A stretch of 32,502 nt of DNA from an uncultured Lentisphaerales bacterium (GCA_964405775.1 CAYOPG010000003.1:17592-50093), one strand, 5' to 3'; positions 18,780-28,649 are shown, counted from the first letter of the stretch. The notes: generated by a model not told the origin, from the sequence alone. Translations and numbers: made by a program.

Positions 18780-19401
18780 CAGATTCCTCCGCATTGTCCT
18801 GCGATGTGAAGAAAAACAAAGCTTCGGATGATGCATGGCGCATGTCTAGCACAAGTCTATCGATCTTCACAATAAGCACGTTGAAGCCGATGAAGCATGG
18901 TATCGCCACGAGAAGCCCGGCCGCAGTGTTGACCGCACCCATGATCAAGCCTGAAGTAATGTCGGCTGACTGAACAAGGGGAGCCTGCGTACGCATTGCT
19001 ATAAGTGCGCCTAGAATTCCAAGCACAGTGCCTAGAAGACCAAGCAGCGGTGCTATCTGTGCCACTAGGGCGAGAACCGAAAGGCGACGTTCCATTCTCG
19101 AAATCTCAGCACGCCCTGCCTGTTCAAGTTCATCCAAGAGCATCTGCCGGGGAGAATCACGCCGTTTGATGGCAATGGCCAACAAGCGGGCTACGGGACC
19201 TGGCGCTTCCTCGCAGAGAGTAAGCGCCTCCGCAGAGTTGCCACGACGTATGGTGTTGAAGATGCCTTGGAGAAAATCCGTTTCATCTATGCGCGCACGA
19301 TGCAGATGCAGGGCGCGTTCAAGGAAAACACCAAGTGCAACCAAACCCATGACGATGATCACCACCAACAGCGGTCCGCCCGCCTCGAAAATATCATTCA
19401 T
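18766..19401 (-). CDS. exbB: MotA/TolQ/ExbB proton-channel family protein
   Basis: Three TM helices with the conserved C-terminal block LVAQIAPLLGLLGTVLGILGALIAM...SGLIMGAVNTAAGLLVAIP. Confidence 0.8.
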   Translation of the reverse strand: MNDIFEAGGPLLVVIIVMGLVALGVFLERALHLHRARIDETDFLQGIFNTIRRGNSAEALTLCEEAPGPVARLLAIAIKRRDSPRQMLLDELEQAGRAEISRMERRLSVLALVAQIAPLLGLLGTVLGILGALIAMRTQAPLVQSADITSGLIMGAVNTAAGLLVAIPCFIGFNVLIVKIDRLVLDMRHASSEALFFFTSQDNAEESDEQG

Positions 19402-19414
19402 TTGTTATCTGTTC

Positions 19415-22036
19415 CTATCGTGTAACTGTTGCCGGGGGCAGGATTGGTCTACTGCTCTTAATGCGCTCCAGGCGTTTGGTTGCCTCCTCGGCTCCGGGAT
19501 GCCCGCTGTTGGCGACTCGCTGGAGAAGCGCGGAGGCAGCATCCCAGTTCTCAAGGCGGACAGAAATGTCTGCCGCGCCAAAAACGGCGCGCGAGTACCA
19601 GAGACGTGATGGCGTATTGGCCACATCTGGATCTGCCCGCACCTCCTCCTCAAAGCGCAGAATGACCTTGCTGTAGTAACGCTCGAAAGCGGCGCTTGTG
19701 CGGCCAGCACTCTCAAGGCTGCGTCCGATTTTGTATTCGCACTGCAGCACAGTGTCAAGCAACAACGTGCCGGAATCCGCCAGCACGGCTTCGTAAGCGG
19801 CGATGCTCTCATTGTAGCGATCGGCATTGTCGGAGCCCAATGTGAACAGGCAGTCGCCACGGCGGCTCATGGCGCGACGCCGGAGGGCGTCGTTCTTCGT
19901 CGTCTGAAGCACCACATCGTAAACCAGAATGGCAGCGTCAAACTGCAGAAGTTCGCAAAGCGCCTCGGCATGTATGAACTGTGCCATCTCCACGCAACCT
20001 CCCGCTGGATAGTCCGACACTATTTTCATTGCCGCGTCTATGGAGTCCTGATACCGCCTGTCAATGTACATGGAGTACGACATGAAGAGAAGAGCGTCGT
20101 CAGCCTTCAAATCCAGAGGCCACGATTCCACAAACTGCTGGAAAAACTTTTCCGAGGCCACGCAGTCGCCATTATTGAAAGATCGCCGTCCCATCCAGAA
20201 AACAGCCTCTGAATACCATGGTGAATCGGAGTGCTTGTCTATGATCGACTGTGCTGCCTGCACTGCCTCTGCTTCCCGGCCAAGCGCCAAAAGAGCTTCT
20301 GCTGACATAAAGAGAGCTTGTTCAACCGCCTCACCGCCGTTAGTTACGGACGCCGCGGCGCGGAAAGCCTCAAGCGCTCCGGGAAAATCAGCAGCACGGA
20401 AATCCACGATCCCCATTCCAAGCAACGCCGATGCTTTTAGCTTAGGGTCTTCTGCTTCCGCAGCCTTCGCATAGAGTGCCATAGCCTCCGCGTTTTGCTC
20501 GGGAGCCGGGCTTTCTCCCCCCATTTGCACAGTCAACTGTGCAGCCCGGAAAACCGCATGTTCGTACTCTGTCCTTTCAGGGAACTTTTCGGAAATCTCC
20601 ATGAAAGCCTCCGCCGCTGCCGCCTTGTCGATATGAGCCAGATTTTCCGCACGCAACATCAACGCTTTGGCCATAACCGCATCGGGAAGAGAATTTGTCA
20701 CTACCGCGTCCACTGTAGCCACGGCTTGACGATATAATTTCCCCGCCATTTGCGCCGTTGCCGCGCTCAATTCATTGTCTATCTTCGCCTCGGTGTTATC
20801 CTCCGACATCTCCGCCGCCTTCAAAAACGAGGAGGCAGCCTCAGCGTTGCGCCCGAGCCCCATGAGAGCTTTGCCACGCCCCCGAAGCACAGCCGCCTCA
20901 AGAGGATTGCCGGAGAAAGATGAAATGAAAAGAGTGTTCTCGGCAAGCGCTTCCTCGTACATGCCTGCCGCGAGGAGGTTGTCAGCCACGTCCCGCACCG
21001 TCTGCGCCACGATATCCGAACGCGGAACTGCGGATATAAGCCTCCGGGTGCTTTCACTCGCTCGATTCGCAAGACCATACTTGCTGGAAATGCGCGCGAA
21101 AGTCATATCACACTCTAGCTTGACCAGCAAAGACTCCGCTGTTTTTACCGCACTCTCAGCAAGCGTAACCGCCTGCGCATCCGCAATCGCCCCCTGAGAT
21201 CGTAAAAAAGCCTCCGATGCCATTGCAAGGGCGGCGAAATCCGGTGGGAGATTGGCTCCTTCCGCCCGAAGACCCGCCAAGACCTGCATGGCGTTTGTGC
21301 TTGCTCCATTATCGTTTAGCGCCCTCGCTCCTAGCAGGCGCGCCACGGCAGCTACTTCGACCTTCTGAGTGTCAACCATCAATGGTTCCAAAACCGCCAC
21401 GGCTTCCTCCGCCATGTCCGCATGAAGCAATAGCCGCGCACGATCCAACACCACGGCGGGAGAATCAACTCCTGCACGCTCTAGAAGTGCCGCAGCAGCG
21501 TGCGCGTCGCCGTCTCGCGCCATGCAATACGCCATTAAACGCGCAGAGGCCTGTTTAATACTATCGCTCGCCGCAGTATTGTCGAGCGATACCTTGACGG
21601 TCTCGATCGCCTCATTATAACGACCCGCCACGGCAAGCGCCCTTCCCTTCCAGTAGTCGCGCAATACGTCAAAAGATTCATCGCCTTCGGGCCAAGGCTT
21701 GCCATCGAATTCCCCGGATTCAACGACCTTTACCCACTCTTCGGGAGGCAGCTCCTGTTCGTATGCGGCCATGATAACCGTGAAAGCCCTGTTGCGGACA
21801 ACTTGAGCTGAATTTGTGGAATACATCGCTGACACAGCGTGTTCACGAGCCAGCGGATGCAACCCGTCGCGGAGAGCATTCTCCGCGACGTTTATATCAG
21901 ACACTGAGTATGAAGCGCGGTTCGTGACGGCCTCATACCCTTCACCCTGATCACTCAACCCAGATGCGTGGGTGAATCCGTTTGTAGACTGACCTGATGA
22001 AACAGAGCAAGCCGCGACACAGACCCAAACCGCCAT
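19415..22036 (-). CDS. Large tetratricopeptide-repeat lipoprotein (about 870 aa)
   Basis: Start placed at the Met preceding a lipoprotein-type signal peptide (MAVWVCVAACSVSSG, lipobox VAAC). The rest is Ala/Leu-rich with repeated TPR-like helical hairpins. Immediately upstream of exbB-exbD-tonB in the same orientation. Confidence 0.65.
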   Translation of the reverse strand: MAVWVCVAACSVSSGQSTNGFTHASGLSDQGEGYEAVTNRASYSVSDINVAENALRDGLHPLAREHAVSAMYSTNSAQVVRNRAFTVIMAAYEQELPPEEWVKVVESGEFDGKPWPEGDESFDVLRDYWKGRALAVAGRYNEAIETVKVSLDNTAASDSIKQASARLMAYCMARDGDAHAAAALLERAGVDSPAVVLDRARLLLHADMAEEAVAVLEPLMVDTQKVEVAAVARLLGARALNDNGASTNAMQVLAGLRAEGANLPPDFAALAMASEAFLRSQGAIADAQAVTLAESAVKTAESLLVKLECDMTFARISSKYGLANRASESTRRLISAVPRSDIVAQTVRDVADNLLAAGMYEEALAENTLFISSFSGNPLEAAVLRGRGKALMGLGRNAEAASSFLKAAEMSEDNTEAKIDNELSAATAQMAGKLYRQAVATVDAVVTNSLPDAVMAKALMLRAENLAHIDKAAAAEAFMEISEKFPERTEYEHAVFRAAQLTVQMGGESPAPEQNAEAMALYAKAAEAEDPKLKASALLGMGIVDFRAADFPGALEAFRAAASVTNGGEAVEQALFMSAEALLALGREAEAVQAAQSIIDKHSDSPWYSEAVFWMGRRSFNNGDCVASEKFFQQFVESWPLDLKADDALLFMSYSMYIDRRYQDSIDAAMKIVSDYPAGGCVEMAQFIHAEALCELLQFDAAILVYDVVLQTTKNDALRRRAMSRRGDCLFTLGSDNADRYNESIAAYEAVLADSGTLLLDTVLQCEYKIGRSLESAGRTSAAFERYYSKVILRFEEEVRADPDVANTPSRLWYSRAVFGAADISVRLENWDAASALLQRVANSGHPGAEEATKRLERIKSSRPILPPATVTR

Positions 22037-22152
22037 TCCAGAGAAGGCGAGGTTAACAGCCCTGCTGCGAGATACTATAAAACAACCATTCCACATTTGT
22101 CCGGAATTTTATCACAACACAAAACCCAGAGCAAGAAAACCATATTATCGTG

Positions 22153-23685
22153 TTACTTTGTCCTAAACGGATACGCAGGCAGCCCGGCTTTGTTGACGAG
22201 ATTTGGCACCGGCCCCGTTGGTCCGGCTACGCCGGCAGTGTAGCCGGGAGCCTGGGACCATGAATAGCGCGCTGCAACTGGGTTTTTGACGGAATCTGCG
22301 CGCACTACCACTTCAGAGTCCTCGATAGTCGCCTGAGCACTGGTAAACTTGCCATCCGCGCCGGCAATTTCGAACCACGCGGGGGCGTTGCCGTCCGAAG
22401 TCGCCAGTCCATCATCCGCATGTTCAAATTGAATGCGGATCGAATCGCCCTCAACCTTCATGTCCTTGTAAGTTGGACCGCTCCATACCACGTCATCGCG
22501 GCCGTAAGCTTTGGCGAGCGCGAGAAGGGAGAGCCTTCTTCCGACCTCTGGTTTATTTGGCGGGTGGATGTTGAAAGTCGGTTCTCCAATATCGATAGTG
22601 CAAACTATGCCTCCGCCGCCCATCTCCTGCGCGGATTCGAACTGCTGCTCCCAGAACTCCGGCACAATGGTGATGTCCTTTTTATACCCGCCAGCAGTTA
22701 TCTGCACGCAATAGAATGGCAGATCTCCCTGCCCCCAAATGTCTCGCCACGTTTCCACGAGCAGATTCTGCTTGTCCTTGTAATTATTATCACCAACATT
22801 GGCCTCGCCCTGATACCAAGCGAAGCCCCGGATAGTGTACGGCGCGACCGGCTTCAATATCCCGTCGTACAGACCACCGACTCCATACGAATTTCTGGCA
22901 ATGATTTCCGGTACAACAGGGGGTTCCGGATACGGACCTGAATCTTCAAACCCGACTGCCGTTGACATCTGCCACATGCCACGCTTGTATTCCCAGTCTT
23001 TCCGATCCTTGTCAAGCGCGATCTTGGCCTGCCTGTATTCTTCTGAATTGCGCGCATCGATCATTGCCATACCCCAGTCAGAAACATCCACGACTTCGCG
23101 CGGGAGCCACCCCTCGATGTTAGTCCCCCCCTGCGCAGCAACGATTATGCCGACCGGCACGTCTAGTTCCTTCTCTAGAAATCTGCCGAAATAATACCCG
23201 ACGCCGCTTGTCGCCAAAGCCACTTCTCGCGAACTCTTGACCCATATCTGACTGTTTTGCTTGCAGTAAAAACGAAGTCTGGGGTTGTCTGCCGTTTCGA
23301 GATCTTCCTTGATTCCGGGAAATTGGGCGAAGTGTTTCAACTGATGCGCCATATTTGACTGCCCGGAGCAAAGCCACACCTCGCCGACAAGAACGTCCTT
23401 GATCACTATTGTGTTCTCGCCCTTTACTGTTATCTCGTGGGGGCCACCCGCATCCATCGCCGGTAGCTCGACCATCCATGCGCCATTTGTGCCAGCTGCT
23501 GTTTCAACAGAAGCGCCTGCAATCGAGACAGACACCTTCTCGCCCGCTGCGGCTGTTCCCCAGATTTTAACGGGAGTGCCCCGCTGCAATACCATCCCAT
23601 CTGCCATTATGTCAGGCAAAGCGACTTCTGCCGCCAAGTGCCCGGTTGCAAGCGCTAGCAAAGCAGCGAGTATAATCTTTTTCAT
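22153..23685 (-). CDS. Sialate O-acetylesterase-like SGNH/DUF303 carbohydrate esterase
   Basis: Signal peptide MKKIILAALLALATGHLAA. The GEVWLCSGQSNM motif holds the catalytic Ser of the SASA family. Start taken at the internal MKKI Met rather than 23751. Confidence 0.7.
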   Translation of the reverse strand: MKKIILAALLALATGHLAAEVALPDIMADGMVLQRGTPVKIWGTAAAGEKVSVSIAGASVETAAGTNGAWMVELPAMDAGGPHEITVKGENTIVIKDVLVGEVWLCSGQSNMAHQLKHFAQFPGIKEDLETADNPRLRFYCKQNSQIWVKSSREVALATSGVGYYFGRFLEKELDVPVGIIVAAQGGTNIEGWLPREVVDVSDWGMAMIDARNSEEYRQAKIALDKDRKDWEYKRGMWQMSTAVGFEDSGPYPEPPVVPEIIARNSYGVGGLYDGILKPVAPYTIRGFAWYQGEANVGDNNYKDKQNLLVETWRDIWGQGDLPFYCVQITAGGYKKDITIVPEFWEQQFESAQEMGGGGIVCTIDIGEPTFNIHPPNKPEVGRRLSLLALAKAYGRDDVVWSGPTYKDMKVEGDSIRIQFEHADDGLATSDGNAPAWFEIAGADGKFTSAQATIEDSEVVVRADSVKNPVAARYSWSQAPGYTAGVAGPTGPVPNLVNKAGLPAYPFRTK

Positions 23686-23826
23686 TTTATATTTGTTATC
23701 CGATAGAAAGGGTGTTTGATCTTTGGTTGTTGATGTCGCAGTGTCCTGCAAAGCACGGCACCGACATCCGCTCTTTCACATAAAATGCCAAGCAGATGGC
23801 GCTTTTCACTTTTATCAGTGTCTCAG

Positions 23827-25527
23827 CTACCAGGTAACTTGGATGCCAACGTTCTTTGTCTCGGGCGCTGCCGTCTGTAAAGCTGCAGGATCGTCTTTTA
23901 TTTTTTCAAAAGTGGGCAGGTTCCTGTAGTATACCATCAGCTGAAGCGCTGCAAGACACGTGTCCATGACCCGACCTCCAAGCTGCCCGTCGTCTTCGGC
24001 AACGGCACCACCCTCGTAGACTCTCACTTTGACAGCGGAACCGCCAGTTGCGTGCGATTCGCCTTTGGAAGGGCTGTCCCAGAAACCGATGTCACGCATT
24101 TTGCCCTCTGCATCGGCTATGGCGTCTTTGATCACCTGCTGCTCCTTTATGAGCTCAGGCTGGAACTGAGCGTTCCACCTCTTCCAACGGTCGCCTCCGG
24201 CGTGGAACTTGGCTTGTGTTATGTAGTACCAGTAGTACATGATTGCGCCGCCGAAACCGGCTGGCTGCTGATTCCAGTTCGGGAATGAGAACGTGCAGGA
24301 ATCGAGATAATCAAGCGTGTCTTTGACCTCGGGGGTGTTGCCCGCGCCAAGAAGCTGCATGCAAAGTACGCCGACTCCGGAAAGGCCGCCCTTGCCCGGC
24401 GAAGTGTAACCGAAACCACCGCCGGGAGCGTGGTTTTTCTTAAAGCCGTCTATGGCTCTCTTGTAGGCCTCGTCCAGCCCTTCGATCTCAAGCTCCCCGG
24501 AGATTGTGGCGGCTTTGATCGCCTGCGCACACCAGCCCATGTAAGAGGTGTCGTCACGATCTGTGACGGGGTTCATATTGTAGTCCCAACCACCGCTTGC
24601 ATGCTGCCCTTTTACTATTGGCGCCATCGCCTTCTCGGCAGCGATTTTGAGCAACGGGTTTTTCGTCATTGAATACGCTTCGCACAGTGCGTAAGCGGCT
24701 ATTGGATGCGAATAGTTGTTGCCATCCTTGATCTCGAAGAGTCCGCTATCGAGCTGTATGTCCAAAAGGAACTTCAGCCCCTTCTCTACCGTCGGCCCGA
24801 ATTCGGGGTGATCCGCGCCGGGCACCTCTCCGTGCGCAAGAAACGCGAGCAGAGCCAAACCGGTGTTCGACGTCTTCTGCCCAGGCCAGGAACCGTCCTC
24901 CAACTGCTGAGACTTCAGCCAGCGCAGAGCGCGCATTACCGTCGCCTCACCGCCACTTGTTCCGCCGTACTTCTGCAGTGCCTGACCGCGCTGTCCGCGG
25001 TTGCGGGAGCCGATTATGTTCCGCATTATGATCGGGCTTTTGATGATCGCCACCGAGTTGACCTCGGCCGGTTTAGGGGAAAGAGGCACGTTCTGATTGA
25101 ATGACATCGTCGTCTCTGGAGCGAAATTATCGGTCGGACCGTCATACTCCGTATCGATGGGCTCCATCTCAAAGACTTCATCGGGCGGCGGCGGCTCGGG
25201 CTCCTCGATCTCATCTGGAATTATGGGGTCGATAATCTCGACCGGCACCGCCCTTGACACTGTCTGAACCTGAGGATTGATGCTCAGCAAAATGCCGACA
25301 ATGATAAAGGGCATTATAATAGCCAGCGCGGGCCCCGAAAGCCGCTGTATCTGCAGTTTCGCGAATTTGTACTCACGGCTCTCCCGCGGCATGTTGATGC
25401 CCTGAAGCGTCCTGCGGATGCGCTCGCGGAGAGGGATTTTCTCAAAAAGCTCCATCATTTCCTGAAACGCCTTGTCATCCGCCATCGGATCTATTTCGTT
25501 ATACCCCTGATTGTTCTCTTGGTTCAT
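23827..25527 (-). CDS. Membrane-anchored prenyltransferase / squalene-oxidase-repeat (alpha/alpha-toroid) protein
   Basis: Strong Shine-Dalgarno GGGAGGA 7 nt upstream. About 60-aa cytoplasmic N-terminus, one TM helix (ALAIIMPFIIVGILLSI), an acidic Pro-rich spacer (EEPEPPPPDE), then repeats of the terpenoid-cyclase/prenyltransferase type (RALRWLKSQQLEDGSWPGQ, VKGQHASGGWDY, GGGFGYTSPG). Confidence 0.6.
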   Translation of the reverse strand: MNQENNQGYNEIDPMADDKAFQEMMELFEKIPLRERIRRTLQGINMPRESREYKFAKLQIQRLSGPALAIIMPFIIVGILLSINPQVQTVSRAVPVEIIDPIIPDEIEEPEPPPPDEVFEMEPIDTEYDGPTDNFAPETTMSFNQNVPLSPKPAEVNSVAIIKSPIIMRNIIGSRNRGQRGQALQKYGGTSGGEATVMRALRWLKSQQLEDGSWPGQKTSNTGLALLAFLAHGEVPGADHPEFGPTVEKGLKFLLDIQLDSGLFEIKDGNNYSHPIAAYALCEAYSMTKNPLLKIAAEKAMAPIVKGQHASGGWDYNMNPVTDRDDTSYMGWCAQAIKAATISGELEIEGLDEAYKRAIDGFKKNHAPGGGFGYTSPGKGGLSGVGVLCMQLLGAGNTPEVKDTLDYLDSCTFSFPNWNQQPAGFGGAIMYYWYYITQAKFHAGGDRWKRWNAQFQPELIKEQQVIKDAIADAEGKMRDIGFWDSPSKGESHATGGSAVKVRVYEGGAVAEDDGQLGGRVMDTCLAALQLMVYYRNLPTFEKIKDDPAALQTAAPETKNVGIQVTW

Positions 25528-25669
25528 TGTTAATCCTCCCTGTCGGTTTCCCCCGGGTTAAATCATTGTGCATCCCGTGACTTTGTTACCGATTTCCAAC
25601 GTTAATACGAACCTCAGACTCTATTTCTTAGATTCAATGTAAAATAATTTACAAATAACCACTGAAAAA

Positions 25670-26110
25670 CTATACCCTGCCCAGCGCTTCTTCATAATAG
25701 ATGAAAAAACATTCGATTATATCATCGGCAGAAATTCCGTTTATCGTACTGTCCTTGTCAGCCGGACTGCGAAGAGGAAACCTCTTGCTCTCAACACGCA
25801 GTCCCTTGCGTTCTCGCATCTTCACTTCAACATTGGGTATCACTCCAACTGGCATAGAAAGCCCGGTAACCCGGAACATGAGCTCCATGGAACTGCCGTT
25901 CATAACTGTTATTCCGCATGCGGCGCGCGTCTCCTGAGTCGTTATTTCACGCCCTTTTTCGGAAAGCCTGCGCCCGATCTCGGAATATGCCGGACGCACC
26001 ACTCTCGCCACAAACGCTACAAAATCCGCTTCTTCCTGCTCCGCGCGCGTCTTCTGGCCCCCCGCACCACCTGTTATGAAACGCATTTTCCAATTAGGCA
26101 CATTCATCAC
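25670..26110 (-). CDS. Hypothetical protein (146 aa), lower GC than its neighbours
   Basis: ORF with no recognised motifs. The 3' part is about 40% GC against a roughly 57% background. Sits between the GT4 pair and the prenyltransferase-repeat gene on the same strand. Confidence 0.35.
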   Translation of the reverse strand: MMNVPNWKMRFITGGAGGQKTRAEQEEADFVAFVARVVRPAYSEIGRRLSEKGREITTQETRAACGITVMNGSSMELMFRVTGLSMPVGVIPNVEVKMRERKGLRVESKRFPLRSPADKDSTINGISADDIIECFFIYYEEALGRV

Positions 26111-26194
26111 TCAATAACCCCATAAATATTTCTTTTCGGCACATCATAGCAGATTGCCTGCCGATCCACACAGCTTTTTATGTAAACACGAGCG

Positions 26195-27352
26195 TCAAAT
26201 CAATACCTGTCGGTAAACGTCCGCTGTTTTGAGGGCGCAGGCATCCCAACTGAACTTTCTCGCTCGGACGAGCCCGTCGGATTTCATCCTCTCCATTCTC
26301 TGTGGCGATGTAAGAATTTCCGTTATTGCCGAGGCCATTTCCCGATTGTCGCCAGCCTTTACAACGCGCGCGGCTTCCCCCGCCACTTCCGGCTGCGAGC
26401 CGCCGTCAGTGCAGATAACCGGCAGGCCATGTGCCATTGCCTCTATTATCTGCAACCCAAACCCCTCATATCTCGAAGGATGCGTCAGGAGATCCGCCGT
26501 AGAGTAAAGCCGCTCGAGTTCCACGTCGGGGACGAATCCAGTGAATTCGACGGCGTCAGAAACCCCCAACCGTTCTGCAGCAACCCGTGCCTCGGGATAA
26601 CGTTCGTCCAATGCCCCGCAAACAACGAGCTTCAGTGGAAACGGAACTTTATGACGCGCAATCGCAAAAGCTTCAACTAACCCTGCGACGTTTTTATATG
26701 GATCCATCCGTCCGACGTATAGCAAAGTTCGCGGGGTGATAGAATCCGTCTTTATAGGAGCCCGTTCAACGCCACACAACTCCACATCGGCGCCGTCTGG
26801 GATCACTTGGACTTTGGCCAAAGTCCGCTGGCTTACTGAAAGAGTTTTTTCGATGTCGCGCTTGGACGCTTCGCTTCCTGTAATTACGACGTCCGCCCTG
26901 GCTATGCTCTGCCTCAGACAGAATTTAAAGACTCTCTTGAACCGGCTTGTCTTGGAGTTCGGGGCGTAGTCCTTGACGACCAGCGGAATAACATCGTGGA
27001 TGTTGACAATCGATTTCATCCGGCGTGTTTTCCGTGTAAGAGGCAGAGACATGTACGGCACCATGTAGTTGGGAGAATGGTAGAGATCAGCTTTAAGTTC
27101 AGATATGACTTTTGGCATTGACATCTGGCTTTTGAGCGATACCGGATGAATATTCGCCACAATCGCCCTGACGTTGCGTTCAGACTCCGAAGCTCCGGTC
27201 ATGTGCCGCTCCAGCAGCTTCTGGGATCCGAATATAATAACGAACTCACATTCGGGCAGCAGACCCGGCAGACGTCGAACCATCTCCTGCGCGTAAACCC
27301 CTATGCCCGATGGCTTGTCATAAATCCAGCGCGCGTCGAAAGCAACTTTCAT
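26195..27352 (-). CDS. Glycosyltransferase family 4 (group 1 glycosyltransferase)
   Basis: GT-B fold with the C-terminal EGFGLQIIEAMAHGLPVICTDGG motif (E-X7-E-like GT4 signature). Confidence 0.8.
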   Translation of the reverse strand: MKVAFDARWIYDKPSGIGVYAQEMVRRLPGLLPECEFVIIFGSQKLLERHMTGASESERNVRAIVANIHPVSLKSQMSMPKVISELKADLYHSPNYMVPYMSLPLTRKTRRMKSIVNIHDVIPLVVKDYAPNSKTSRFKRVFKFCLRQSIARADVVITGSEASKRDIEKTLSVSQRTLAKVQVIPDGADVELCGVERAPIKTDSITPRTLLYVGRMDPYKNVAGLVEAFAIARHKVPFPLKLVVCGALDERYPEARVAAERLGVSDAVEFTGFVPDVELERLYSTADLLTHPSRYEGFGLQIIEAMAHGLPVICTDGGSQPEVAGEAARVVKAGDNREMASAITEILTSPQRMERMKSDGLVRARKFSWDACALKTADVYRQVLI

Positions 27353-28491
27353 AATCCGGTTGCGCCCTTCTTGGAACCGAAAACCTTCTTGTAGATGGCA
27401 AGCGTCTCACGCGCTGTATTTTCCCAGCGGAATCCAGCCGAGCGCTCGAGCCCCGTTCGCGACATTTCAACGCGCCGCGCTGAATCCCCAAGAATCGCAC
27501 GCACTGCGTCCACCCATTCATAAAGGTCAAACCCCTTGATAACAGTTGCGGCGCTTCCCACGATCTCGGGGATTGAACCGCCGGTGGACGTCAGAACGGG
27601 CGTACCACACGCCATAGCCTCTAGCGGTGTGAATCCGAAACCCTCGTAAAACGAAGGCATGACAAAAAGAGATGCTGCAGAATACAAGGCCGCCAGCTTG
27701 CCATCGGGCACGAAGCGTAGATAATGCAATTGATCCGGGAAGCGCGTGTTTTCGAAGCGCTCTAGTATCGACCGGCTTTTCCATCCCAACGCCCCTGCGA
27801 TGACCAGATCCACGTCGTCTTCCGCCACCTGCTCGAAGACGTCGACCAGAAACTCCAGATTCTTGCGCGGCTCGACTGTGCCCAACGTCATGATGAAAGG
27901 ACGGCTAAGACCAAGCTCCCGCCGCACAGCCGCCGTCTCAACCTCGGAGGCAGGCTTAAAATCCTCTCCTATTCCCAGATAAGTGACGTAAACCTTGCCA
28001 CGCGCCTCAGGGAGCAGCTCCTCAATCTCCGCTTTGCTGAATTCCGAGATGGTTATGATAGCATCTGCGTTTTTGGCGCTACGCTTAAGACCCGCATTCA
28101 GATACTTGAGATTACGTTTCTCAGCAAACTGAGGGAAGCGCACAAAGCTCATGTCGTGTATCGACACCACCGACTTCCCGCGCGTTATAGGCCTGTCCGT
28201 GAAATTGGTAAAATGATAGATATCGGCATCGCCCGCAGTCCAATTGAACGGCGGGAACCGAAGATGGTGCCACATCTTCTGCATCAGCGCGCCCGGCATT
28301 GCCCTGAACGTCACATACTCGGCACCGTCCACGCAGTGACGCTTGCCAGCTCGTTTGAAGTCACAATAGAAAAGCCGCAACTCGTCATCTGAATCGAGCA
28401 GCTTCGCCAGCTCCGATGCCAAGACACGAGTGTAGCGCCCAATGCCGGCGCACTGTGCCACGGCAGGCTGATAGTCCATGCAAATCTTCAT
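27349..28491 (-). CDS. Glycosyltransferase family 4 (group 1 glycosyltransferase)
   Basis: EGFGFTPLEAMACGTPVLTSTGGS motif. Its stop overlaps the downstream GT4 start by 4 nt (ATGA), so the two form a tandem pair. Confidence 0.8.
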   Translation of the reverse strand: MKICMDYQPAVAQCAGIGRYTRVLASELAKLLDSDDELRLFYCDFKRAGKRHCVDGAEYVTFRAMPGALMQKMWHHLRFPPFNWTAGDADIYHFTNFTDRPITRGKSVVSIHDMSFVRFPQFAEKRNLKYLNAGLKRSAKNADAIITISEFSKAEIEELLPEARGKVYVTYLGIGEDFKPASEVETAAVRRELGLSRPFIMTLGTVEPRKNLEFLVDVFEQVAEDDVDLVIAGALGWKSRSILERFENTRFPDQLHYLRFVPDGKLAALYSAASLFVMPSFYEGFGFTPLEAMACGTPVLTSTGGSIPEIVGSAATVIKGFDLYEWVDAVRAILGDSARRVEMSRTGLERSAGFRWENTARETLAIYKKVFGSKKGATGL

Positions 28492-28649
28492 AACGCGATT
28501 CTATCAGACAAAGCGGGCGATGCGCAACGCTAAAGCCACGCGTACCGCGCTTATCCCGCACCCCCTCTACGGAATACGGGGTGTGCGTCGCATTCACGCC
28601 CGGAATTCCGCCCGCCCCTCGTCAGCTTGGGATAAATTGAAATTGTAAT

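Noticed and set aside
28385-28597. 70-aa minus-strand ORF spanning the GT4 start and the GC-rich divergent intergenic region
   Set aside because: It overlaps the well-supported GT4 N-terminus in another frame. No Shine-Dalgarno or conservation cues. Probably noise.
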